IMG/VR virus record: IMGVR_UViG_3300036715_000254
Span: 1 to 54,601 of that record
Direction: 5' to 3' (one strand)
Source: a virus
Taxonomy: Duplodnaviria > Caudoviricetes
DNA: 54,601 bases
The position numbers and the translations under genes are program-made. The notes beneath the pieces were generated by a model. The model worked only from the letters and a program-made list of their open reading frames with translations, was not told where the DNA came from and did no database searches. Positions 18,258-27,511 of this stretch are shown here, piece after piece; positions within the stretch are counted from its first letter, which is position 1, and each line of letters begins with the position of its first letter.

Positions 18258-19060
18258 TGGCGGCATCCGAAGGCGTTGATCTAGAATGGTGTATCGTTGA
18301 CATGATTAATAGTAACACTAAGCAAAATAGAGTCTATTCTGCTAACATTAAAGCGCAAGCTGAAAAATGTGTCGATCACGTACGCAAATTTGCTGGTTCA
18401 CAAAAGATCCAAGCATGGCATTCTGATGATCCAAAAGGTCCTTTTGGTACAGTAAAAGGTGAACCCGAACCAAAGACTGATGTTATATTCAATATTGGTG
18501 GTAAAGTCTATTGTGCGAGCGTAAAAATGGCTGGTGCAGTACAGCTTGCGTCTGGCCAAGGCGCGAGTACGGCAAAACTTTTTCAAGCCGCTGCAAATGC
18601 ATTGCCAAATAAAACTGAAGGTAAAGTTGTTTCCAGCATCATCAAATCTTTAGAGACGATGCCAACTCGCATGTTGTCTAGTGCCAATTACGACAGAATT
18701 GCTAAAGAAGGTTCTGAGAAAACTATTCAAGAATTCATCAAGAATGGTAAGATCATTACAGACAAGAATTACGAATTGTGGGTACAGAACAATAAGCCAG
18801 CCTTAATGACATCGCTTCTGGATTATGTTGAAAATGATTTAGATTTCTTTGCTGCATTAATTGAAGAGTCAATGACTGGCGCAGAAACACTTAAAGCATA
18901 TAAGGGAGCTGCTGCAGACTCTATTATCAGCCCAAAAGGATTTCACGAAATTGACATTGGTTATGTTTACCAGATACTACCTAAAATTAAGATTGACATT
19001 CGCGGTAAGTCACGATCCGGTATAACTGGTGTTGCATTCAGAATAGACTTTACTCCATAA
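18257..19060 (+). CDS. Putative PD-(D/E)XK restriction-fold protein
   Basis: EGVDLE, EPKTDV...ASVKM pattern. Confidence 0.55.
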   Translation: MAASEGVDLEWCIVDMINSNTKQNRVYSANIKAQAEKCVDHVRKFAGSQKIQAWHSDDPKGPFGTVKGEPEPKTDVIFNIGGKVYCASVKMAGAVQLASGQGASTAKLFQAAANALPNKTEGKVVSSIIKSLETMPTRMLSSANYDRIAKEGSEKTIQEFIKNGKIITDKNYELWVQNNKPALMTSLLDYVENDLDFFAALIEESMTGAETLKAYKGAAADSIISPKGFHEIDIGYVYQILPKIKIDIRGKSRSGITGVAFRIDFTP

Positions 19061-19063
19061 ATA
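19056..19063 (+). promoter_or_regulatory. T4 late-like promoter (CATAAATA)
   Basis: 4 nt upstream of ATG 19068. Confidence 0.6.
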
Positions 19064-19067
19064 CATA

Positions 19068-20483
19068 ATGAAATTCACAGAATTTTGTAACCGTAACAAA
19101 AATGTAATGCAGTCATCGACTGCTAAACGCATCACTGACTCTATTGAAGTAACAGAGGAACGTGACGCATTTTACAATGGCAATCTGTTTAAGAAATTTG
19201 ACATGGTTGAGGAAAAGGGTATCCCATATCGTATCCTGGAACAGTGTAGCAATTACTATCAAGTAGTCGATGAATCAGGCAACTTGTTCCGTAAATTTCC
19301 AAAGCAATTAATCAAAACAGAATCTGTGTTTGTTAGGATTCCTGGATTTTTCCATGGCTACCGAGTTACAAGCGAAACAGGTATGAAACTGTTGGAATCT
19401 ATTGACCATGACAACTGTGACAATGTAGGAACTCTAAAACAACTTAAAGAAGCAGATAAAATGGAATCACAATTCAAGTCTAAGGACAAGCTAACAGTGG
19501 CAAAGATTATTGCTGATGCAATTGGCATTCCGCACGATTCAATCAGTGACCCATCTAACCTTGTTAATGCTGCTATCCGTAAGGCAAAGAAGGATCCGGC
19601 TTTAATGAAGAACAAGGCAATCCTCCAGAATATGCTCCAGATTGCTAAGGAAGTTGGTATCAAGTATAGCGATACAGCGTTTGATGTAAATGAATCTACG
19701 TTAAACGGTGGGAAAGTAACTCATGAGGTAACAGTTGACCATCATGGTAGTAATCAACAAGTACCTTTGTACACAAAAACATACAAAGTGTCAGCCAAAT
19801 CTGATGAAGACGCGTCTAATCAAATTAAAAAGTTAGTTGGCGGCAGAAATCACCGAGTAAAATCATTGCAACAAAAGGTAGCTGAATCTGAAGTTATCCG
19901 AAAGGGTGCTGACGGACGTACAATGATTAGTGCAGCATTGCTAATCGGTAAGGCGCGGGAGTTTGCTAAGAAGGATCACGATCCGAAGAAGCATGGAAAC
20001 AAGCTAATCGTTACCCCAGAACACAAAGCAATGGCGCGTAAGCACTTAATGGGTGAATCTTTTGAAGTTAATGAGTTAAACACCAACACTCTAAAAACAT
20101 ATTCAGCATTAGCAAAAAAACATGCTGTAAAATTGGCTGCTAGCGGTAGTAAAGCAAAAAATCCTGAAACCGCTAATGCAAAGTTAAACAAAGCAGGAAA
20201 GCGCCTTGATGGTGCAGCAAAAGCTGACAAAAAAGCATTTGGGAACGAATGGAAGAAACGTATTGGAATGTCTGAAGAGGTAGCATTTGATACTGCAACC
20301 AATACTAAACAAGAACGTCAAACCGGCGAAAAACCAATTATACTAAAAGACTTGCTGGCAAAGCTGCGAAAAGCTGGTCCGGATAACAGTGATTTGAATA
20401 ACGATGGTATTGATGATCACGTAGAAATGTTACAAAAGCGTTCCGCTAAGAAAATGCAAGTAGCAGGAGTTCAGGACGCATAA
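19068..20483 (+). CDS. Putative internal head protein (multi-module, Lys-rich)
   Basis: Modules separated by VNE/VAE/MGE/MSE sites typical of T4-like processed head proteins. Confidence 0.6.
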   Translation: MKFTEFCNRNKNVMQSSTAKRITDSIEVTEERDAFYNGNLFKKFDMVEEKGIPYRILEQCSNYYQVVDESGNLFRKFPKQLIKTESVFVRIPGFFHGYRVTSETGMKLLESIDHDNCDNVGTLKQLKEADKMESQFKSKDKLTVAKIIADAIGIPHDSISDPSNLVNAAIRKAKKDPALMKNKAILQNMLQIAKEVGIKYSDTAFDVNESTLNGGKVTHEVTVDHHGSNQQVPLYTKTYKVSAKSDEDASNQIKKLVGGRNHRVKSLQQKVAESEVIRKGADGRTMISAALLIGKAREFAKKDHDPKKHGNKLIVTPEHKAMARKHLMGESFEVNELNTNTLKTYSALAKKHAVKLAASGSKAKNPETANAKLNKAGKRLDGAAKADKKAFGNEWKKRIGMSEEVAFDTATNTKQERQTGEKPIILKDLLAKLRKAGPDNSDLNNDGIDDHVEMLQKRSAKKMQVAGVQDA

Positions 20484-20947
20484 TGGATTTTCTGAAAACG
20501 TTAGACATTGAGACTATCGTTCTTGCATTTGGCACATTACTTTTCCTATTATTACTAGTTAAGTGGCATGTAGATAGTAAGAACGATTTAGACATTCGTT
20601 CTGCTTTCATGAAGGATGGGAAACTATCTCTTGCAAAAAGTGGACAAGCACTAGCTTTGATTGTTTCAACATGGGTACTGATTTACCAAACTCGTAACAA
20701 TCGCCTTACAGATTGGTTGTTTACTGGATATATGGTTGCATGGAGCGGTGCTAATATGGCGTCCAAGTACCTGGATACTAAGAATCCGCAGTACACAACT
20801 GGGAGCTCGTATTCCAGTAGCCTAACAGGAACTCGTATATCGGTACAAGTCGATGACGACGAGCCGCCTTTACATGAAAATGAGTTAATAAATACACCGA
20901 GCCCGAAAAACGCGCCTCTCGACTTTAGAAGTCGAAGAAATCGCTGA
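20483..20947 (+). CDS. Membrane protein, holin candidate
   Basis: About three hydrophobic segments, hydrophilic basic C-terminus. Confidence 0.5.
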   Translation: MDFLKTLDIETIVLAFGTLLFLLLLVKWHVDSKNDLDIRSAFMKDGKLSLAKSGQALALIVSTWVLIYQTRNNRLTDWLFTGYMVAWSGANMASKYLDTKNPQYTTGSSYSSSLTGTRISVQVDDDEPPLHENELINTPSPKNAPLDFRSRRNR

Positions 20948-20958
20948 TTTCGGATAAC

Positions 20959-20966
20959 ACTAAATA
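20959..20966 (+). promoter_or_regulatory. T4 late-like promoter (ACTAAATA)
   Basis: Intergenic, followed by GAGGA and ATG 20988. Confidence 0.65.
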
Positions 20967-20987
20967 TAGTTTTAATGAGGAATTATT

Positions 20988-21179
20988 ATGTCACTTATCT
21001 TTACAACAAAAGGTGAAATCGAAGAATCCACGCTAGTGAAAACTGAAGGTGGGTACGAAAATGATGCAGAAATCCAGAAATGGCAAGAATGGCATCTGGA
21101 CGGAGAGTTGGTAAAACGTGAGGTGCAACTGCATCTCAAACAAGGACTTGCAGGTATCCCAATCGCTGCATCAATGTAA
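20988..21179 (+). CDS. Small late hypothetical protein
   Basis: GAGGA RBS. Confidence 0.7.
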   Translation: MSLIFTTKGEIEESTLVKTEGGYENDAEIQKWQEWHLDGELVKREVQLHLKQGLAGIPIAASM

Positions 21180-21198
21180 TTAACAAAAGGAAAAATTC

Positions 21199-21657
21199 AT
21201 GGCTAATACTCAAGCAATGTGCACAACATTCAAGCAAGACCTGTTGAACGGCTTGCACGCATTTGGCACTTCAGTGGTTCGTGGTGCAACAACCCCAGAC
21301 GCTTTCAAAGCAGCTCTGTACTTGACTACAGCAACCATCAATGCAGCAACACCCGTATATACCCCAACTGGTGAAGTTTCGGGTACCAACTATGTGGCTG
21401 GTGGTGTAGCTGTAACGACAGCAACTGCTCCAGCGACTTCCGGTACTACTGCTTTCGTAACTCCAAGTGCATCCATCGTGTTCACTAACGTTACATTAGC
21501 AACATCTTTTGATTGTGTACTATTGTATAACAACACAGCAACCAATAAGAATGCAGTTTCGGCTCACACGTTCACTGCGCAAACTATTACTGCTGGTACA
21601 TTGACACTAACAATGCCAACAAACGATAGCACTAACGCATTGATTCGTTTGGCTTAA
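21199..21657 (+). CDS. Virion structural protein (fibre/tail-associated)
   Basis: Thr/Ala-rich; MANTQAMCTTFK...ALIRLA phage structural family pattern. Confidence 0.75.
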   Translation: MANTQAMCTTFKQDLLNGLHAFGTSVVRGATTPDAFKAALYLTTATINAATPVYTPTGEVSGTNYVAGGVAVTTATAPATSGTTAFVTPSASIVFTNVTLATSFDCVLLYNNTATNKNAVSAHTFTAQTITAGTLTLTMPTNDSTNALIRLA

Positions 21658-21677
21658 TACGTTTTTAAGCGTATAAC

Positions 21678-21703
21678 AATGGCGGTTCACTCCGCCATTT
21701 CTT
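21678..21703 (+). terminator. Terminator-like hairpin
   Basis: AATGGCGG-TTCACT-CCGCCATT followed by TCTT. Confidence 0.6.
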
Positions 21704-21712
21704 GGAGTTTCA

Positions 21713-23053
21713 ATGGCAGATGCATATAGCGCATGGGACGTATGTCGACTAAGTTTCAACGGAACTGACAGTTCCACGACTTTTACTGACGAACTTGGAC
21801 ATACATTTGTACAAAATACTGGTGTTGCAGCGGTACTTTCAACTACAGCACCCAAGTATGGAACTGCTAGTTTATCACTAAACGCTACTGCTAACGGTGG
21901 TATAAAATCAAATAGCCCGGATTGGAATATATCCACAGGGGATTTTTGTTTTGATTTTTACTTCAAGCATAATACATCTTTTGGAAATCGTACACAAAGA
22001 ATCTGTTCAATATATGATATAGTTACCGGTCTTTCTCAGTTTGCAATTGTATGGACATTTGGCTCTGGTGGAACAATAACATGTTATTACACTAGTGGTG
22101 GTGGAAATACTAATTTAGTTTCATTCACTACCACTGCTGGAACTGCTGATACATGGTATCATGTTGCGTGCACCCGAAGCGGAACAAATTTTTATGTGTT
22201 CCTTGATGGTGTATTAATTGCCACACTCGCTCTGACTGCAACACTTGATGGTACTCCAGCTAATTTACAGTTAAACATCGGTCAAAACGAATCGAGCATT
22301 GCCTCTGGGACATTTTGGGGTAATATTGATAACTTCCGTCTATGTAAGGCAGCACGTTATATTACTAACTTCACGCCGCCTGCTGGTAACTTCGATCCTG
22401 GCACATTCCCGGTCTACAAGAATGCGGACCGTGTGCTTGAAACAGTCACCACAGTTGGTACAGGAACCTACACATTAAACGGTGCTGTCAATGGGTATCG
22501 TGCATTTAGTGCTGGATGTGCTGATAGTGATTATGTTGATTACTATGTAGAAGAGTTTACTAACGGTGCAGCGTCGGGAGCGTGGGAAGTAGGTCAAGGA
22601 ATCTACTCAAATAATACTATTGCGCGAAATACAATCTACTCCAGCAGTAATTCTAATGCACCAGTATCTTGGAGTGCTGGGACAAAGCGTATTGCTCTTG
22701 GGTTAACTGCTAATCGTGTTAACTTAGTTTCAGTTCGAACTGCTAAGTATTCTTTTTCAGGTTTAATATCTGCTGGAACTGGTCAATTTCGATGGTATCC
22801 AGATACTAACATTACACTAACTGGTGCATATTTGAGTGTTGGTACAGCACCGACTGGTAGTAATACTCAATTAGTTATTAAGAAAAACGGTACAGAAATT
22901 CTAAATGGTGGTTATGTGACTGTTTTAGCCGGTACTAATTTAGGTGCTAAATTCTCGCTCAATGTAACAATGTTAACAACAGATTACTTGACTGTTGACG
23001 TAAATACTAGTGGCGGTGCCAAAGATGGTTTGCTAACAATTCAATATAGGTAA
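21713..23053 (+). CDS. Fibre protein with LamG/concanavalin-like domain
   Basis: FNGTDSSTTFTD, WYHVACTR, GNIDNFRL..ARY..NFTPP motifs. Confidence 0.8.
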   Translation: MADAYSAWDVCRLSFNGTDSSTTFTDELGHTFVQNTGVAAVLSTTAPKYGTASLSLNATANGGIKSNSPDWNISTGDFCFDFYFKHNTSFGNRTQRICSIYDIVTGLSQFAIVWTFGSGGTITCYYTSGGGNTNLVSFTTTAGTADTWYHVACTRSGTNFYVFLDGVLIATLALTATLDGTPANLQLNIGQNESSIASGTFWGNIDNFRLCKAARYITNFTPPAGNFDPGTFPVYKNADRVLETVTTVGTGTYTLNGAVNGYRAFSAGCADSDYVDYYVEEFTNGAASGAWEVGQGIYSNNTIARNTIYSSSNSNAPVSWSAGTKRIALGLTANRVNLVSVRTAKYSFSGLISAGTGQFRWYPDTNITLTGAYLSVGTAPTGSNTQLVIKKNGTEILNGGYVTVLAGTNLGAKFSLNVTMLTTDYLTVDVNTSGGAKDGLLTIQYR

Positions 23054-23057
23054 GATT

Positions 23058-23963
23058 ATGTACGTTCTCTATAACTCAACGACTAGCTGGACAATGAATC
23101 AGCTAACTTCTGACATAGCTTTATTAGCATCCGGTTCCCCATTATCAGCATTGTCGGCGTCATGTAATATTGGTACCAGTACAAGAACTGCGACTATTGC
23201 TCCGGGCTGGACATTGTTTGATAATAGCATTTCAGCACAAACTTTTGGTGGGCAGATTTTGTCATGTTTGGATCGCGATTCGCTTACCACCAAGTACCTA
23301 AATGTTTACGGAGTATCAGCTACTGGTTTGAACTTCCGTATGTATGAAACATGGACAGCGGGTACTGATACGGGTACAAACGTTAGCACTGTTGTTGTTG
23401 GTCCAACTTTCACATCCGGTACAGCATTTTCATTACATATCTTTGTGACGCCAGAATATATCATAGTTAGCAACACAACTACCACATCTCTATGTTGTCT
23501 AGAAATTCTGCGTGATACACCGTTCCTCACTTCTACTGCAACACAAAATACTGTTGGTGTAGTTTGTACTGGCGCTAACTTGGGAACTGGTGTGAACAGC
23601 ACATTATTCAATACTCGCATAACACACCCAACCACTGCGGCTGCAATTGTTGGAACCGCAGCTAATATGCGACCAATGACAATTGGTCCAACATCGGATG
23701 CAGCCGCAGGACGTAAAAATCCAATCACAACTCAATGCATCGGAACTAATTCCATTGGTTTTCACCCAACGTATCCAATTTTTGCTGGTTACTCAGTAAC
23801 TGATCCAGCAACATATTATTATGGACGGATTGCGGATAACGGTGGTGACTTTGTAATGACAACCACTGGAACGATTACATCAGCATTGACTGGTGATACC
23901 ATGGTAGTCAACGGTGTAAACTACTGGTATTCTACTAGCGGATTTGTAGTGCCAATCAAATGA
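23058..23963 (+). CDS. Thr-rich structural protein
   Basis: Composition and position in fibre cluster. Confidence 0.65.
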   Translation: MYVLYNSTTSWTMNQLTSDIALLASGSPLSALSASCNIGTSTRTATIAPGWTLFDNSISAQTFGGQILSCLDRDSLTTKYLNVYGVSATGLNFRMYETWTAGTDTGTNVSTVVVGPTFTSGTAFSLHIFVTPEYIIVSNTTTTSLCCLEILRDTPFLTSTATQNTVGVVCTGANLGTGVNSTLFNTRITHPTTAAAIVGTAANMRPMTIGPTSDAAAGRKNPITTQCIGTNSIGFHPTYPIFAGYSVTDPATYYYGRIADNGGDFVMTTTGTITSALTGDTMVVNGVNYWYSTSGFVVPIK

Positions 23964-24109
23964 CAATCTCAGTAGCTGGCTATAAAGCCATTGTAAATAC
24001 CGCAGATATTACCAAAGAAGGTAATGTACCAGTAATCCCAACAGCACACGTACTACCAATCAGTGGACTTCCATGTCTACCAGTAACAAGCAATCAAGGC
24101 TGGTCGTGA
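23960..24109 (+). CDS. Small hypothetical protein (49 aa)
   Basis: Hand-translated MTISVAGYKAIV...QGWS; ATGA overlap. Confidence 0.55.
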   Translation: MTISVAGYKAIVNTADITKEGNVPVIPTAHVLPISGLPCLPVTSNQGWS

Positions 24110-24117
24110 CATAAATA
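24110..24117 (+). promoter_or_regulatory. T4 late-like promoter (CATAAATA)
   Basis: 4 nt upstream of ATG 24122. Confidence 0.6.
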
Positions 24118-24121
24118 CTGA

Positions 24122-26176
24122 ATGATCTACGGCGGCTCAATTCTTGGTGGAACAGTTCTAGCAGGTGCTTCACCAGATGCCGCATCAGTTACAAACACGA
24201 ACGTAGCAATCACTGGCAACGAATTAGCCAGCGCAATCGGAACTTTAACCACAAGTTCAACACAATCTCAAATATTAGCAGGAACACAATCAGTAATCAG
24301 TACTGGTGTAGAAGTTCCATCTCAAGCACTTTCCCAACCAATCTATAGTGCTGTTAGTAATGGTGTAATTGGGGCTATTGTAGCAATTACCAGCTATAAT
24401 CAAGCGATAACCGGCACTATCGTAGCAGTTAGTCCTGGTAGTCTAGTTAACTTTTCCGCCGTTACTATTGGACTAACATCTGCTGCAATATCCACAGCTA
24501 TTAATAGTGTTGGTAAAGATTTGTTGTTAGCACTAGTTGGTAATAGTTCAACTGTATCTATTGGCAGCCCAGCTAGCAGTGGCAATGTGAGTATCATGCT
24601 AAGTGGTAATTCTAGTGCTCTGACAGTTAATTCAGTGAATAACAGTGTCGCAGTTAGCGTGGCGATATCCAATGTTGTGGTGACTGTGTCACCTGGTACT
24701 GCCATACCAGCCGGTACGGTATCAGTCGCATTGACTGGAAACAGTTCTGCATTAACAGTGAATTTGCTAATTAACAGTGCTATTGTTAACGTGCAAATTC
24801 CAAGTTATGTAATCACAACTGCACTTGGATCTGTAGCAACTGCTGGTTCAGCAACATTTGCAATAACAGGTAATACAGTAACCTCAGCAGTTAATGGTCT
24901 CGCGCTATCTAGTGTTAAAACATTTGCGATTAGCGGTAATAGCAGTGCAAGCACAATCAACTTAGTTACAAATACCACTCAATACAGTAAGGCTATTACT
25001 GGAAATAGTTCTGCGACTGCGATCAATTCGCTAGCTGTAACAAGTATTGTATCACAATTGCTAAGTGGAACAAGCATTTCCGGAACTATTGGATCGGTTG
25101 GAAACGCATCATCCGTATCAATTGCGCTAGCTGGAAACGCAGCATTTGGTGTGGCTGGAAGTGTTAGCTTTGGTACTAACGTTTCTATAGGTCTTGTTAG
25201 TATAAGTGCTAACGGAAATGTCGGAAATGCCACAAATAGTATGACAGTTTCGTTACCAATCGCTGGTGTGTTGAGTACACTAAGCACCGGTGTAACAGTT
25301 GGCAGCGGTAACTTTAGTCGTTCAATATCCGGAGTTATATCTAATAGTGCAGTTGGTATAATCGGATTTACATCTAATTTAACCCGCGCATTAAATTCAA
25401 CAAGCATATTTATTATTGCGGGTAACGTAGGAACTGCTGGTAACTCGACTATCACCATCACTGGTGTGTCGAATATATTTGACATTGGAACCCTTGATGT
25501 TCGTAGTGACAAGACTATCGCAATCAGTAGTGTTCAATCTAGTGCTGCCATCAACAGCGTAAGCAACTCAAGTAACATAGATATTGGTATTTCCGGTGGT
25601 TTCATTATATCAGTATTGTCTGACGAAATTTCTAGCACAAATTATACCCGCTCAATTAACAGCGTAAACCTTGTCATATCCGTTGGAAATATTGATTTTG
25701 TAACTGATAAGTTTACTTCCATTAGTGGAAATGCTACTGATACGTTTACAAATTCGTTAACTAAAAATACCACCCAGACGCAAGCCTTAATAGGCGTTGC
25801 TACTACTGTGGAACATGGGAACTTAACTGTACAAGATCCAAACGTGACAATCGGATTGACTGGACGTTTTGCTACAATGTGGCAAGGTTATTATGGTGGA
25901 ATAGGTGTCGTTGATGTTCCAAATTCACTATATCCAACATCGGAAGATAAACCAGCACATGTAACAACTCCAGATGCTAACAAGATTGTCGCAAGTGGAA
26001 CCGATAAGCCAACAAGTGCGACACCAAACACAACCACTAAATATAGTGTCAGCGGCTCTAATTCGCCAAGAACTACGGTTACATCTGCTCCAAACAACCG
26101 AGCAAATATTAGCAATAGTCGGGTAAAAATTACAGTAACAACTGATGACATTAAGAAACTCGAACTAATCGACTAA
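24122..26176 (+). CDS. Long fibre/shaft protein with ~22-aa Ser/Gly/Thr repeats
   Basis: Repeating (I/L)(T/S)GNSS...(I/V)NS(V/L) units; few charged residues. Confidence 0.75.
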   Translation: MIYGGSILGGTVLAGASPDAASVTNTNVAITGNELASAIGTLTTSSTQSQILAGTQSVISTGVEVPSQALSQPIYSAVSNGVIGAIVAITSYNQAITGTIVAVSPGSLVNFSAVTIGLTSAAISTAINSVGKDLLLALVGNSSTVSIGSPASSGNVSIMLSGNSSALTVNSVNNSVAVSVAISNVVVTVSPGTAIPAGTVSVALTGNSSALTVNLLINSAIVNVQIPSYVITTALGSVATAGSATFAITGNTVTSAVNGLALSSVKTFAISGNSSASTINLVTNTTQYSKAITGNSSATAINSLAVTSIVSQLLSGTSISGTIGSVGNASSVSIALAGNAAFGVAGSVSFGTNVSIGLVSISANGNVGNATNSMTVSLPIAGVLSTLSTGVTVGSGNFSRSISGVISNSAVGIIGFTSNLTRALNSTSIFIIAGNVGTAGNSTITITGVSNIFDIGTLDVRSDKTIAISSVQSSAAINSVSNSSNIDIGISGGFIISVLSDEISSTNYTRSINSVNLVISVGNIDFVTDKFTSISGNATDTFTNSLTKNTTQTQALIGVATTVEHGNLTVQDPNVTIGLTGRFATMWQGYYGGIGVVDVPNSLYPTSEDKPAHVTTPDANKIVASGTDKPTSATPNTTTKYSVSGSNSPRTTVTSAPNNRANISNSRVKITVTTDDIKKLELID

Positions 26177-26177
26177 C

Positions 26178-26513
26178 ATGCTAAAAGAACTGCTATCCGC
26201 TAATATTGACCTCTACATTGATCAGGGTGATACCTATTATAAGGTATTCACTATCCGTGACAATACGGGTACAGTAATCAATCTAACTGGATTGGAAGTT
26301 ACTGCATCACTAAAGCGTTATTTCAATGTTGGCACTGACTACCCATTAACCGCCGAGATTACTGATGCAGTCGGTGGAAAAGTTACTCTTAGTATGACAG
26401 AAGTTGATACGAGTGACTTGGTTTATGACCGTTATGTATATAACGTGAAGCTAAGTGACGGAACTGATACAACAAAAATTATGAGTGGTCAAGCACTTGT
26501 AACACCGGTATAA
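26178..26513 (+). CDS. BppU-N-like virion adaptor protein
   Basis: LYIDQGDTY...INLTG...RYVYNV...GQALVTP pattern. Confidence 0.7.
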   Translation: MLKELLSANIDLYIDQGDTYYKVFTIRDNTGTVINLTGLEVTASLKRYFNVGTDYPLTAEITDAVGGKVTLSMTEVDTSDLVYDRYVYNVKLSDGTDTTKIMSGQALVTPV

Positions 26514-26516
26514 AAT

Positions 26517-27503
26517 ATGAGTGACGGCGTACCATTACCAAATACAACCCTTGTTGCAGCATCAGATGAAGTTGCTGGGCAACAATATCAACGTGTTAAG
26601 CTGACCCTGGGTGCGGATGGAGTTAACGACGGTGATGTAAGTTCAGCGAATCCAATTCCTATTGCTGGTTCAGTTACCATAACCAATCCAACTGCTCAAG
26701 GACTGACTGATACTCAACTGCGAGCAACTCCTGTTCCAGTTAGCACTGGTTTATCTCAAGCAATTACTGACGCGCAAATGCGCGCAACACCTATTCCAGT
26801 ATCTGGAACATTCTGGCAAGCTACTCAGCCAGTTAGTGGTACCTTCTGGCAAGCAATTCAACCGGTGTCAGGAACTGTTACAGTTTCAAATATGGTTGCT
26901 CAAGGACTCACAGACACTCAATTACGAGCGAGTGCCGTCACAGTTAGCGGAACTGTTACAGTTGCTAACCCCACAGCACAAGGACTAACTGATACTCAGC
27001 TTCGTGCTACAGAAGTACCGGTAAGTTTGGCATCTGCACCTGTTACTCCGGTTACTGGTACTTTCTGGCAAGCGACACAGTCGGTATCTGCTGTCGCGTT
27101 GCCGCTACCAACTGGCGCGGCAACCGAGACAACTCTCGCAGCAATGAATATAAAGTTGCCTGCTTTGAGTGGCGGGCGCATTCCGGTTGAGTTACCCGCG
27201 GGTGGTTCGGGATTGACTGACACTGAGTTACGTGCAATACCAGTCAAGGTGGAAGATATAGGTGTTAGTCTACTTCGTAGAATTTTCCAGCTTCTAAAGC
27301 CATTAAGTATTATTACTGGCGGGGGTTCAAACCGTTTAAGTATGGACGTAAATAATATCGTGGGCGGCACTGTAACGACTGTATCTACAGTTTCATCATC
27401 AACCACAACTAATCAAGTTAACAATGGTGGCGTTAACGCTTTTGATATGATGAAAGCCATATCAAGAACAGCATACAACCAAGGCATTCGCTCAAGACTA
27501 TAG
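26517..27503 (+). CDS. Fibre protein with QGLTDTQLRA and TFWQATQPVSG repeats
   Basis: Repeats visible at both protein and DNA level. Confidence 0.75.
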   Translation: MSDGVPLPNTTLVAASDEVAGQQYQRVKLTLGADGVNDGDVSSANPIPIAGSVTITNPTAQGLTDTQLRATPVPVSTGLSQAITDAQMRATPIPVSGTFWQATQPVSGTFWQAIQPVSGTVTVSNMVAQGLTDTQLRASAVTVSGTVTVANPTAQGLTDTQLRATEVPVSLASAPVTPVTGTFWQATQSVSAVALPLPTGAATETTLAAMNIKLPALSGGRIPVELPAGGSGLTDTELRAIPVKVEDIGVSLLRRIFQLLKPLSIITGGGSNRLSMDVNNIVGGTVTTVSTVSSSTTTNQVNNGGVNAFDMMKAISRTAYNQGIRSRL

Positions 27504-27511
27504 GAAATTAA

